From the NCBI GenBank assembly GCA_963707865.1, contig OY970175.1, positions 758,028 through 822,027 on the forward strand: a stretch of 64,000 nt of DNA, given 5' to 3'. Below are positions 1-9,251 of the stretch, piece after piece (the stretch's first letter is position 1; each line of letters begins with the position of its first letter). A model generated the notes under the pieces. The model did not search any database and was not told where the DNA came from. It saw nothing but the letters and a program-made list of their open reading frames with translations. A program made the position numbers and the translations under genes. This DNA is from an uncultured bacterium. Lineage in GTDB: Bacteria > Patescibacteriota > Minisyncoccia > UBA6257 > 2-01-FULL-56-20.

Positions 1-1251
1 ATTCCATTCAAAATTATTGACCAACGTCCAAAGGAGCATCCCTTGTACGGGAATTTCATGCTCAAGCGCTTCGATTACGTGACGCACTGTTTCCAAAATC
101 CAATATGGCCGCCGCTTCCCTCCCCGGTCAGAAAAGCCGAATTCGCTGATAAAAATATTTTTACGGGGGTACTCCGCATGCATTTCTTTGAGAACCTTCG
201 CTATGCCTGGCGGATGGATATCGCCGAAGTAAGGATTATCGCTGTAGAAGCGGCCACCTTTTCCGAACAAAGCCAGCTTCATCCGGAAATAATAATGGAG
301 GCCTACAAAATCGGTTTCCCGTGCTTCTCGCTCAAATTTTCTTGCGAGCCTTGCGTTTACAATCGCGTGCGCGACTTTCCCAAAGAGACCATCAAAAAAA
401 GTCCAATTGTGGGCGGCGCCCACCTGAATCCTGCCCCGCCCGCTCGTGAGCTTGCTTTCTTTAATCTCGTTTACTGTGGCGTCATGCGCCTCAATCAACT
501 TTGAAAGCACGCCTCGCACGAGATCGATCCTCCCTTTTTTAAACGGCGGGAAAATTCCGAGGAGGTAGGTCGGTAACAGAAGGTTGATGGGCTCATTGAT
601 GGAAATGAAATATCTCACAAGTCCATCGCCGAGAATTTTTTCTCGCTTCGCTTTACTGAAGCCAGCCGATGTAAGCGCGGCATTCACTTTGCCACTATTG
701 GAAAGGAACCCAACAACGTTTTTGATATAAAAGCGGAAGTGATGAAGGACATCGCGGTGCTCCCATGCTCCCGCGAGGATGCGGTCTTCCTTGTCGGTCA
801 CGAGCAAATGAGTCGGCGTGGGCCAGTGATAAAGCGTAACCATCGGCTCCGCGCCGCGATCGCGAATAAGCGCGAGTATGTGCACGTATTCTTCCATCAG
901 CCGCTCGTTGAAAACGCCCGGCGCGGGGCACAGTTTGCCAAAATCAAAAGAGAGCCGGAACATGTTTTCGCCGAGCTCTGCCGAACGCCGAATGTACAAT
1001 TCCTTTTTGTCAAAAAATCTCGGGAATTCGTCCGGCGATTGCGGACCAAGTATCTTTGAGGCTTTGCCTCCGACCGCCCTCGCCACCTCGCGTTCCCAAT
1101 CGGATGCGGCGCGCATTTCTTTACGATCGCGATGAAGGCGCGGATGGGATTGGAAGTCCGATGTCGCGCTTCCCATAAACTCGGTGCCTCGGCGGCGCGC
1201 AGCAAGAAGGGTCTCAAGAACTTTTGGATCGGTGAAGGAAAATTCCGCCAT
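1..1251 (-). CDS. Glycoside hydrolase family 1 (beta-glucosidase-like), 3' end beyond window edge
   Basis: Manual translation from ATG 1251, open to position 1: FMGSATSDFQ, FRLSFDFGKL, PMVTLYHW, YFISINEP (acid/base), IFISEFG (nucleophile), GMLLWTLVNNFEW. Absent from the ORF track because there is no stop in the window. Confidence 0.9.
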   Translation of the reverse strand, partial: MAEFSFTDPKVLETLLAARRRGTEFMGSATSDFQSHPRLHRDRKEMRAASDWEREVARAVGGKASKILGPQSPDEFPRFFDKKELYIRRSAELGENMFRLSFDFGKLCPAPGVFNERLMEEYVHILALIRDRGAEPMVTLYHWPTPTHLLVTDKEDRILAGAWEHRDVLHHFRFYIKNVVGFLSNSGKVNAALTSAGFSKAKREKILGDGLVRYFISINEPINLLLPTYLLGIFPPFKKGRIDLVRGVLSKLIEAHDATVNEIKESKLTSGRGRIQVGAAHNWTFFDGLFGKVAHAIVNARLARKFEREARETDFVGLHYYFRMKLALFGKGGRFYSDNPYFGDIHPPGIAKVLKEMHAEYPRKNIFISEFGFSDRGGKRRPYWILETVRHVIEALEHEIPVQGMLLWTLVNNFEWN

Positions 1252-1260
1252 TGCAGTGCG

Positions 1261-2262
1261 CTACAAGAGTTCCTCTTTCCCACGAATCTTTAGGTGTTTG
1301 TAGGCCGCGGGAAGCACGATGCGGCCTGCGGAAGAGCGCTGGAGAAAGCCAAGCGTCATTAAAAACGGTTCATAAATATCTTCAATCACGCCCTTTTCCT
1401 CCGAAATCGCAGCAGAGAGCGTGTTAATCCCCACCGGACCGCCGTTGAATTTTTGAATAATAGTAAGAAGGAGCTTCCGATCCTGCGGTTCAAGTCCTAC
1501 CTCGTCAATGTCAAGCATCTCAAGCGTCTTCCCTGCTGCTGCGCCGTCAATCGTTTTCTCCTCGTGCACTTCGGCGAGGTCGCGGGCACGCCGGAGAAGC
1601 CGATTCGCCACCCGCGGCGTACCACGGGAGGCGTTCGCAAGAATCTCAATCGCTTCCGGCGTCGCAGCGATGTTCAAAATTTTCGCCGAGCGGTTCAGTA
1701 TCTTTTTAATGTCGTCTACATTGTAATACCCAAGGCGCAGGGTTGCGCCGAACCGCGACCGGAGCGGTTGGGAAAGAAGATTTTCGCGCGTCGTTGCGGC
1801 AATCAGCGTGAACGGAGGCAAGTCAAGCGAAAGCGTCCGCGCAGAGGGGCCCTTCCCTACCACGAGGTGTAATTTCCGCGACTCCATCGCCGGATACAAT
1901 ACCTCTTCTATCATTGGGTTCACCCGATGCGCTTCATCAATGAAAAGCACTTCGCCGGGATTGAGGTTGGTGAGAATCGCCGCAAGATCGCCCGTCTTCT
2001 CAAGCGCCGGCCCGGAAGTCGTTTTAACCGTGCCGCCGAGTTCGCTTGCGACGAGATACGCGAGCGTGGTCTTCCCGAGTCCCGCGGGACCAGAGAACAA
2101 AAGATGATCGGCGGCCTCGTTGCGCTTCTTCGCGGCCGTGAGGATCACGCGCAGGTTCCTTTTTATCTTTTCCTGCCCGACATACTCATCCCAGCTCTTG
2201 GGGCGGAGCGTGAGGTCAATCGTAAGGTCATCCTTGCCGAAATTACCGTTTGTTTTCTTCAT
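1261..2262 (-). CDS. ruvB: Holliday junction branch migration ATPase RuvB
   Basis: LRPKSWDEYVGQ, GPAGLGKTT, FIDEAHR, LIAATTR, RGTPRVANRLL. Confidence 0.98.
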   Translation of the reverse strand: MKKTNGNFGKDDLTIDLTLRPKSWDEYVGQEKIKRNLRVILTAAKKRNEAADHLLFSGPAGLGKTTLAYLVASELGGTVKTTSGPALEKTGDLAAILTNLNPGEVLFIDEAHRVNPMIEEVLYPAMESRKLHLVVGKGPSARTLSLDLPPFTLIAATTRENLLSQPLRSRFGATLRLGYYNVDDIKKILNRSAKILNIAATPEAIEILANASRGTPRVANRLLRRARDLAEVHEEKTIDGAAAGKTLEMLDIDEVGLEPQDRKLLLTIIQKFNGGPVGINTLSAAISEEKGVIEDIYEPFLMTLGFLQRSSAGRIVLPAAYKHLKIRGKEELL

Positions 2263-2285
2263 AAAAGTTCACAATGTATGGGTAC

Positions 2286-2314
2286 TTGACAAAGAAATAG
2301 TTATATGCTAACAT
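2286..2314 (+). promoter_or_regulatory. sigma70-type promoter pointing into an ORF-less region
   Basis: TTGACA (2286-2291), 17-nt spacer, TGc-TAACAT extended -10 (2309-2314). Confidence 0.6.
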
Positions 2315-2320
2315 ATCACC

Positions 2321-2490
2321 CAGTGACCCGTAACTGGTTCAAATCTGGGGGCAGGAATTATTTCTAAAATTCAGGATGAACCGGTTCCGGCTGGTTCTCT
2401 CCTTTGAATAATTCTAGTCCCTTTTATCTCCAGATAGAAGGGTTTCAAGTCCTTTCACGAGGAATTTGCCCCCAGGTTTGAGTCAGCTAC
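2321..2490 (+). ncRNA. Putative structured non-coding RNA (long closing helix plus three internal hairpins; possibly 6S-like)
   Basis: 2330-2353 pairs with 2467-2490 (24 positions, 3 G-U, 1 mismatch); inner helices 2354-2415, 2419-2442, 2450-2463; upstream promoter; no ORF. Confidence 0.6.
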
Positions 2491-4169
2491 CCCGCCCATT
2501 CTATTTGGCCGGTCACGCTTTCCACCTCGCTCAACGTCGTTTTTCCTTCAAGCACTTTCAGGACGCCGTCCTCCTGCATTGTGACCATTTCTTGGCGATC
2601 GGCCACCGCACGAAGCGCGACCTCTGACGCTTCCTTAAGAATCGTCGTCTCAAGGTCCGGCCCGCCTTGCAAAAACTCAAATATCCCTACCCGACCTTTA
2701 TACCCGATGCCGTTACACTTTGTACAACCCGCGGTCTCATACACGGAATAATTTTGATATTTTGACTTGTCCACCTTGGCCGGCAGCCGCTCAAGGAATT
2801 TTTTAATCCTCGTTTTGAGGGTGTTGTCCGGCTCCACGCGCTTTTTACAGTCGGGACAGAGCACGCGCACAAGGCGCTGTGCAATCGCGAGCGTAAGCGC
2901 AGGTCCGATGCTCACCGCCTTTACGCCGAGGTTGATGAGGCGTGGCACGGCGCCCACTGCATCGTTCGTGTGGAGCGTCGAAAGTACGAGGTGTCCCGTG
3001 AGTGCCGCCTGCATCGCAATATCGGCCGTCTCAAGGTCGCGCACCTCGCCCACAAGGATCACGTCGGGATCCTGCCGGACGATGGCACGGAGGCCACTCG
3101 CAAACGTATACCCCGCCTCATCATTCACCTGCGTCTGTTCAATCCCTTCAATGCGGTATTCAATAGGGTCTTCCAGTGTGATGATTTTGATATCGGGGCT
3201 GTTCAGTGTGCGGAGGAATGCATAGAGTGTCGTCGTTTTCCCGGAACCCGTGGGGCCGGTGTTCAGAATAAGCCCGTTCGGACGGGCGAGTTCGCGTGTG
3301 ACAAGTGTCAGGTTGTCTTCGCGAAGCCCGAGGTCTGGAAGTCCGACTTTCGTCGCGGAGGGGTCGAGGATTCTCATCACGATGGCCTCGCCAAATTCGG
3401 CGGGCATCACCGCCACGCGCATCTCCACCTCTTTCCCCGCGATGACAATCGTAAACCTTCCATCCTGCGCTTCGTCGTGGATATTAAGCTTCATTTCCGA
3501 AAGAAGTTTAATGCGCGATACAAGCGCGTGGTAGGCGTGGAACGGCATATCGTCAAAGACATCATGGAGGATACCGTCTATCCGGAAGCGGACCTTCGTC
3601 GCCTTTTCCCCCGCCTCCGTGTGAATGTCCGACGTACGCATCGCAAGTGCCCCGCCGAGCATAATCTCAATCAGCACGACCGGCGATACGTTTTCAAAAT
3701 CCAGCCCAGCAAATTCTTTGTGAATGGCATCCAGGTTCGCAAGGCGCTCCTTAAGTTCGTTGATCCTCTTTTCGGTAATGACCACTTTGCCCACGATCCC
3801 CGCAGACACCGGCTTTACGAATCTATACAACTGCCATGCCACTTCCAAGCCGGAAAGGGACGCTACGAACGTTTTCACATCGTATTGCTCCGCCCTCAAT
3901 TCCGCGATGAGCACCTTCGCTGCGGAAAACTCGGGGTCCATTACCGCCACGGCCAGCTTTCTTGACTTCAACTCAATGCTTGCCACCCGGGCTTTCCGCG
4001 CCTTGTCTTCCGGAATAATCTTCACCGCGTCAAGCGAAACCGGCATCTTAGCAACGTCCACGTAGGGGAGATCGAGCTTCTTCGCGAGCCGTTCCGCGGC
4101 GCGTTCTTCACCCTCGCGCCGGAGTTTCGTCAATCTCGTTTGAAGGTTATCCTGCGTGAGGTCAGCCAT
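2487..4169 (-). CDS. pilB: Type IV pilus assembly / GspE-PulE family ATPase (PilB-like)
   Basis: SDIH, RFRIDGIL, GPTGSGKTTTLY, TLEDPIE, RQDPDVILVGEVRD, TGHLVLSTLHTN, CxxC...CxxC zinc motif; start placed 8 nt after TAAAAT. Confidence 0.92.
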   Translation of the reverse strand: MADLTQDNLQTRLTKLRREGEERAAERLAKKLDLPYVDVAKMPVSLDAVKIIPEDKARKARVASIELKSRKLAVAVMDPEFSAAKVLIAELRAEQYDVKTFVASLSGLEVAWQLYRFVKPVSAGIVGKVVITEKRINELKERLANLDAIHKEFAGLDFENVSPVVLIEIMLGGALAMRTSDIHTEAGEKATKVRFRIDGILHDVFDDMPFHAYHALVSRIKLLSEMKLNIHDEAQDGRFTIVIAGKEVEMRVAVMPAEFGEAIVMRILDPSATKVGLPDLGLREDNLTLVTRELARPNGLILNTGPTGSGKTTTLYAFLRTLNSPDIKIITLEDPIEYRIEGIEQTQVNDEAGYTFASGLRAIVRQDPDVILVGEVRDLETADIAMQAALTGHLVLSTLHTNDAVGAVPRLINLGVKAVSIGPALTLAIAQRLVRVLCPDCKKRVEPDNTLKTRIKKFLERLPAKVDKSKYQNYSVYETAGCTKCNGIGYKGRVGIFEFLQGGPDLETTILKEASEVALRAVADRQEMVTMQEDGVLKVLEGKTTLSEVESVTGQIEWAG

Positions 4170-4206
4170 TTCCATTGATTTTAACAAGCGTTATGATGAT
4201 AATGCA

Positions 4207-4743
4207 ATGTCGGGACATTCCCATTGGGCGGGCATAAAACATAAAAAAGGGATCACCGATGAGAAACGGGGAAGGGTCTTTGGGAAACTCCTTGTGGCGA
4301 TCTCGGCAGCGGCTAAATCGGAGCAGAACCCGGATTTTAACCCGCGGCTCCGAAACGCGATTACAAAAGCGAAGGAGGCGAGCGTTCCACAGGAAAACAT
4401 TGAACGGGCGGTGAAACGCGCCTCCGAAACGGGCGGCAACCTCGAAAAGCTTGCGTTTGAGGCGTATGGGCCCGGGGGCATCGCAATCATGATTGAAGCA
4501 ATCAGTGATAATAAGAACCGGACCGTGCAAGAGATCAAAACAATATTAAAAGAACATGGCGGGAAGTGGGCGGAGGCGGGAAGCGTCCGTTGGGCATTTG
4601 GGCCGCCGGCAGGTGGCGAACGTGAATGGAAAGCAAAATTCCCGCAAGAACTCTCTAAGGAGGACATGAAAAAACTTTTGGCGCTCGTGGAGACCCTAGA
4701 AGAAAATGACGACGTGCAACGCGTCTTCACAAACGCACAGTAA
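4207..4743 (+). CDS. yebC: YebC/PmpR (TACO1) family protein, short form
   Basis: MSGHSHWAGIKHKK, NPRLR, EAYGPGG, SDNKNRT, DDVQRVFTN; 178 aa. Confidence 0.93.
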   Translation: MSGHSHWAGIKHKKGITDEKRGRVFGKLLVAISAAAKSEQNPDFNPRLRNAITKAKEASVPQENIERAVKRASETGGNLEKLAFEAYGPGGIAIMIEAISDNKNRTVQEIKTILKEHGGKWAEAGSVRWAFGPPAGGEREWKAKFPQELSKEDMKKLLALVETLEENDDVQRVFTNAQ

Positions 4744-4748
4744 CTAAC

Positions 4749-5210
4749 ATGATCGCGCTTGGCATCGACCCGGGAACACGGAGAGTCGGCTACGGTGTCG
4801 TACGCGGCGAAGGGAGCGCAGTGTCATTCGTCGCGGCCGGTATCCTCAAAATCAGCGGTGTGGACGACGCCTCCGCGCTCGTAGAAACAAAAAGGGGAAC
4901 CGACGCACTTATAGAGAAGTATCGGCCGCGCGTCCTCGGCATCGAAAAACTATATTTTGCGAAGAATGAGAAAACGGCGATCGCGGTGGCGCAAGCGCGC
5001 GGCGTCATCCTCCTCGCGGCGCGCGAAAAAAAGATTCCCATAAAAGAGTACGCGCCTAACGAAGTGAAGCTGGGGATCGCTGGCTACGGATTTGCCGACA
5101 AAAAAGCGGTCTTGAAGATGGTGCGCCTTATCCTCGGCAAACACGATCTCGCCATTATTGACGACGCGAGCGACGCCTTGGCGCTGGCGATCATGACAGC
5201 GGGCCGTTAA
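4749..5210 (+). CDS. ruvC: Holliday junction resolvase RuvC
   Basis: LGIDPG, GIEKLYF, AQARGV, GYGFADK, DDASDALA. Confidence 0.96.
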   Translation: MIALGIDPGTRRVGYGVVRGEGSAVSFVAAGILKISGVDDASALVETKRGTDALIEKYRPRVLGIEKLYFAKNEKTAIAVAQARGVILLAAREKKIPIKEYAPNEVKLGIAGYGFADKKAVLKMVRLILGKHDLAIIDDASDALALAIMTAGR

Positions 5211-5247
5211 CAGCTTTTCGTTATAACGCCTGGGGATTACTACGGGA

Positions 5248-5275
5248 TTGACACGCGAACGAGCTCCCCTATACT
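5248..5275 (+). promoter_or_regulatory. sigma70-type promoter for the acidic small ORF
   Basis: TTGACA-16 nt-TATACT. Confidence 0.6.
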
Positions 5276-5308
5276 GATGGGAAGTAAAAAAAGAAAGGTC
5301 GTTGAATT

Positions 5309-5500
5309 ATGGCCGCGATGGCAACTGAACTAAAATTTGCGAGCTGTGCGTTCCGCCCGCTGAGCGACGAAGACGACGGCGAATCAGACACGGACAAAAA
5401 CGGCGGCGGCGAGCTGGAAGAAGGTAACGAGGAAGCGCCAGAGGAAGAAACGGAAGACGCCAGCAAAGAAGAAAGCTACAAGGGCGGGCTTGACGGGTGA
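5309..5500 (+). CDS. Small, highly acidic hypothetical protein (start 5309 or 5318)
   Basis: Own promoter, D/E-rich 63-aa ORF, 20-bp hairpin immediately after the stop. Confidence 0.6.
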   Translation: MAAMATELKFASCAFRPLSDEDDGESDTDKNGGGELEEGNEEAPEEETEDASKEESYKGGLDG

Positions 5501-5545
5501 GAAAACGGCCTTCTCCGCGAAAACATTGCGGAGAAGGCCGTTTTC
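5501..5545 (+). terminator. Intrinsic terminator (20-bp stem)
   Basis: gaaaacggccttctccgcga / ttgcggagaaggccgttttc inverted repeat. Confidence 0.75.
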
Positions 5546-5562
5546 GTTTGATAATAGAGGGC

Positions 5563-8052
5563 ATGCACCGACGAAGCGGGACAACGAGGCTGCGGCGCTC
5601 ACTTGTGATCGTGGGCATCGTGGTATCTGCGGGGGTCATTATTCTTTCCCTTGTGGTCATCTATTTCGCGAAAACGCTCCCCTCCATAGAAGAGATTTCA
5701 AGCCGGCAAATCAGCCAGTCCACGAAAATCTACGACCGAACCGACACGGTACTGCTCTATGAAATCACCTCCGGCGAACGGAGGACAGTGGTGCCCTTTG
5801 ACCAAGTCCCGCAAACCCTTAAAGACGCGACGATTGCGATAGAGGATGAGAATTTCTACAACGAACCCGCGTTTGATTGGAAAGGCATCGCGCGCGCGTT
5901 CCTTGTAGATATCACTTCGGGCTCCTTCGCGCAGGGCGGTTCTACCATCACCCAACAGCTCGCGCGGACCGCGTTCCTCACCCTAGACCAAACCATCACG
6001 CGAAAAATAAAGGAGCTTATCCTCGCGATAAAACTCAATGAATATTACTCAAAGGACGAAATCCTCGGTCTTTACCTGAACGAAGTTCCGTACGGTGCCA
6101 CAATTTCCGGCGTGGAGGAGGCGAGCGAGGCGTATTTCGGCGAACCAGTACAAAACATCAACCTTGCGCAGAGCGCCCTCCTCGCCGCAATCCCCCAGGC
6201 GCCGACGTACTACTCGCCCTGGGGAAGCCACGCAAGCGATCTTATAAAACGTGAGCGGCTCGTGCTCCAGAAAATGTACGAACTGGGGAAAATCACAAAA
6301 CCAGAGCTCACCGCGGCGCTCGCATACAAAATAACCTTTGAACCGCAATCCACGGGCACCATCAAGGCGCCCCACTTCGTAATGGCGGTGGAGGACTATC
6401 TCGCCCAAAAATACGGGGAGAATCTTGTAAACCAAGGCGGGCTTAGGGTAATAACCACGCTTGACTGGAATCTTCAACAAGAGGCGGAGACGGCCGTAGA
6501 GCAGGGCGCAGCACAAAATCAGGCGCTGTACCATGGCTACAACGCCGCGCTCGTCGCACAGGATCCGAAAACGGGGCAGGTACTTGCAATGGTAGGGTCG
6601 CGCGATTACTTTGCAACCTCATCGCTCCCCTTGGGCTGCACGCCAGGAACAAGCTGTAAGTTTGAGCCGAACTTCAACGTCGCCACCCAGGGGCTCCGCC
6701 AGCCCGGCTCGTCGCTCAAACCATTTGTGTATCTCACGGCGTTCCAAAAAGGATACACACCGTCAACGACGCTTTTCGACGTTCCTACAGAATTCAGCAC
6801 CGACCCCGCGTGCCCTGCGATTCCCAACTTCGCGGATAATGACCCGCACTGCTTCCACCCGCAGGACTTTGAGGGAACATTCCAGGGCCCAATTTCCATG
6901 CGCGACGCACTCGCGCAATCCGTAAATGTACCTGCAGTGGAAGCGCTCTACCTTGTTGGTATAAAAAATGCGGTCCAAGCCGCAAACAGTTTCGGGCTTA
7001 CCACACTCACAAGCCCCGACGCCTATGGGCTCTCTCTCGTCCTGGGGGGGGGCGCAGTGCGCCTCGCCGATCTCACGGAAGCGTACTCTGCGCTCGCAGA
7101 GGACGGGGTCAAACACAACCAAACCATGATCCGTGAGGTGCAAGATCCTAATGGAAACGTACTTGAATCATACGCTGATCAGTCTACGCAAGTCGCCGAC
7201 CCGCAGTCCGTCCGCCTTGTAAACGACATTCTTTCGGATGCCGCGGCGCGGAGCGGCCTTTTCCAAAACAGTTTGAATCTCACGGTGTTCCCGGGGCACG
7301 ATGTGGCGCTCAAGACCGGCACTTCCAACGACTACCGCGACGCATGGGCGATGGGGTACACGCCGTCCCTCGTCGTCGGCGTCTGGGCAGGAAACAACGA
7401 CAACACTCCTATGCAACGGAGTGGGTCAAGTATCCTCGCTGCGGTCCCTATGTGGCATGCGTTCATGGCGCAGGCGCTTCAAAACCAACCGCTTGAAACT
7501 TTCACGAAACCCGATCCTGCAAACGCGGCGAAGCCGATCCTTGCAGGAAACTATCTCTACAACGACCAACTTCACACTATTCTGTATTACGTTGACAAGG
7601 ACGACCCGCCGGGGCCGCCCCCCGCGAACCCCGCCACGGATCCCCAATTCCACAACTGGGAAACCGCCCTGCTCACATGGGCCGCGAAAAACCTTCCCAA
7701 CTTCGGGAGTTACAACCATCCGGTTTCAACCGCGCCGTCTGGCGCAGCACCCGGAACCCCCTCGCCCGCGAGCGACCCTCCCCGCATTTCCATTCTCACA
7801 CCGTCGGCGGGCAGTTTCGTGGCGAACGAAGTCACAGTTTCCGCGAAAATAACGGCCGACGAGGCGATCACAAAAATCTCCGTACTCTGGAACGGGTTTC
7901 TGGTCCATGATTTCTCTGGCTCTTTTGGGACCAACTACGCGCTCAACTGGGCATTTACCCCGCAAGTCATCGGCGGGCAAAATCTATTTGAAGTGCAAGC
8001 CGCGGATTCTTCGGGTGGTTTGGGGAAGACCGACGTAATTATTTACCACTAA
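5563..8052 (+). CDS. Class A penicillin-binding protein (transglycosylase-transpeptidase) with C-terminal Ig-like domain
   Basis: N-terminal TM, AIEDENFY, QGGSTITQQL, RKIKE, SxxK (GSSLKP), SVN, KTGT; probable start ATG 5563 (the ORF track start 5497 overlaps the terminator). Confidence 0.95.
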   Translation: MHRRSGTTRLRRSLVIVGIVVSAGVIILSLVVIYFAKTLPSIEEISSRQISQSTKIYDRTDTVLLYEITSGERRTVVPFDQVPQTLKDATIAIEDENFYNEPAFDWKGIARAFLVDITSGSFAQGGSTITQQLARTAFLTLDQTITRKIKELILAIKLNEYYSKDEILGLYLNEVPYGATISGVEEASEAYFGEPVQNINLAQSALLAAIPQAPTYYSPWGSHASDLIKRERLVLQKMYELGKITKPELTAALAYKITFEPQSTGTIKAPHFVMAVEDYLAQKYGENLVNQGGLRVITTLDWNLQQEAETAVEQGAAQNQALYHGYNAALVAQDPKTGQVLAMVGSRDYFATSSLPLGCTPGTSCKFEPNFNVATQGLRQPGSSLKPFVYLTAFQKGYTPSTTLFDVPTEFSTDPACPAIPNFADNDPHCFHPQDFEGTFQGPISMRDALAQSVNVPAVEALYLVGIKNAVQAANSFGLTTLTSPDAYGLSLVLGGGAVRLADLTEAYSALAEDGVKHNQTMIREVQDPNGNVLESYADQSTQVADPQSVRLVNDILSDAAARSGLFQNSLNLTVFPGHDVALKTGTSNDYRDAWAMGYTPSLVVGVWAGNNDNTPMQRSGSSILAAVPMWHAFMAQALQNQPLETFTKPDPANAAKPILAGNYLYNDQLHTILYYVDKDDPPGPPPANPATDPQFHNWETALLTWAAKNLPNFGSYNHPVSTAPSGAAPGTPSPASDPPRISILTPSAGSFVANEVTVSAKITADEAITKISVLWNGFLVHDFSGSFGTNYALNWAFTPQVIGGQNLFEVQAADSSGGLGKTDVIIYH

Positions 8053-9161
8053 GACTTCAGGATCGGCTTCAAAATATAGAAATAAGAACTGTCGCCCACT
8101 GGGCGAAGAAGGGCTGGGTTAGTTTCTTCTTGGAGCCCAATAAAAACTTCTCCTGTTTTCATCACTTTGACGGGGTCCATGAGGTAGCGCCAGTTGAAGC
8201 ACGCCTCGGCCAGTTCCCCTTTTATTTTCGCCGGAAGAAGATAGGCGTTTTCGCCGAGCGATTGATCCGCCGAACTTATCTCTACTGCTTTCTTCCCCGG
8301 GTGCACCGACAGTTTCACTTCGCTGTTTTTTTGCCCAAATATCGCGGCGAGCTTCACCGCATTCGCAAATTCCTCACGCGATACAACCGCTTCGGTAGCG
8401 AATTTTTGGGGCACGAGCTGCGAATAATCCGGGAAGTTCCCTTCGCCGAGCCGCGAGATAAGTTCAGCGCGCTCGGTCTTCACAAGAATCTGGTTCTCAT
8501 CGCGAAACACCCGCACGGTCTCACTATCGCTCACCATTCGGAGCGCCTCTTGGCTCGTTTTAAGAGGAACGAGCATTCTAAACGCTTCCTTAAATTTGGC
8601 GGTAAAAAGGTTTTGTGGAATTGTTTTTTCGGCAAGCCGGAAACCGTCGGTCGCAGTAAGCTTGAGGCTGTCCAAGGAAAAGTCAAAAAGGGCGGCGTTA
8701 AGCTCTGGCCGGAAATCGGACGGTTGCGCGGCTACCGCGACTAACTGGATCGCTTCCTTAAAAAGCGCTCCCCCTATCTCAAGGTACTCGTTGGATGTTT
8801 TTATTTTAGGGGTTATGGGGAAATCTTCACTGGGCAATCCCTGCAGTACGGCGCTGTAGTTGTCGGTTTTTACCTCAAGCGCGTTACCCTTCTTGCTAAA
8901 ATTCAAACGGTCGCTTTGGATGTTGGTGATAAGACTGGAGAAGGGCGCAAGCGGTACAGAAACACTTCCGCCCTCAATCACCTTTCCGGATACACGACAA
9001 GTAATCGCAATCTCAAGGTTTGTCGCGATAAAAACAATTCCGTTGTCCCCGGCTGTGATAAGGACGTTTTTTAAAATAGGAAGGTTTGCGTTCTCGCCGG
9101 CGGCGCGCTCGATTGTGGACATAGCCTCTTTAATATTTGATCGTATCGCAACAAATTTCAT
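8049..9161 (-). CDS. dnaN: DNA polymerase III beta sliding clamp
   Basis: LPILKNVLI, ATNLEI, ATDGFRLAE, EGNFPDY, C-terminal YILKPI; follows dnaA. Confidence 0.97.
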   Translation of the reverse strand: MKFVAIRSNIKEAMSTIERAAGENANLPILKNVLITAGDNGIVFIATNLEIAITCRVSGKVIEGGSVSVPLAPFSSLITNIQSDRLNFSKKGNALEVKTDNYSAVLQGLPSEDFPITPKIKTSNEYLEIGGALFKEAIQLVAVAAQPSDFRPELNAALFDFSLDSLKLTATDGFRLAEKTIPQNLFTAKFKEAFRMLVPLKTSQEALRMVSDSETVRVFRDENQILVKTERAELISRLGEGNFPDYSQLVPQKFATEAVVSREEFANAVKLAAIFGQKNSEVKLSVHPGKKAVEISSADQSLGENAYLLPAKIKGELAEACFNWRYLMDPVKVMKTGEVFIGLQEETNPALLRPVGDSSYFYILKPILKS

Positions 9162-9251
9162 GGATTAATTATATTAAGATTTTATTAAGATATTAAGACC
9201 TTATTATTAATGTGTTTTTAATTTTTGTGGATAGCGGGGTTTTACCTAGGC
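9162..9251. other. oriC: Probable oriC unwinding region (dnaA-dnaN spacer)
   Basis: AT-rich; TATTAAGA x3 (9172, 9183, 9191); TTATTATTA trio-like run (9201-9209); DnaA box TGTGGATAG (9226-9234). Confidence 0.7.

Noticed and set aside
43-1283. ORF-track ORFs 43-504, 739-1059, 878-1135, 695-931 and 897-1283
   Set aside because: Shadows of the minus-strand GH1 gene (1-1251), which has clear family motifs
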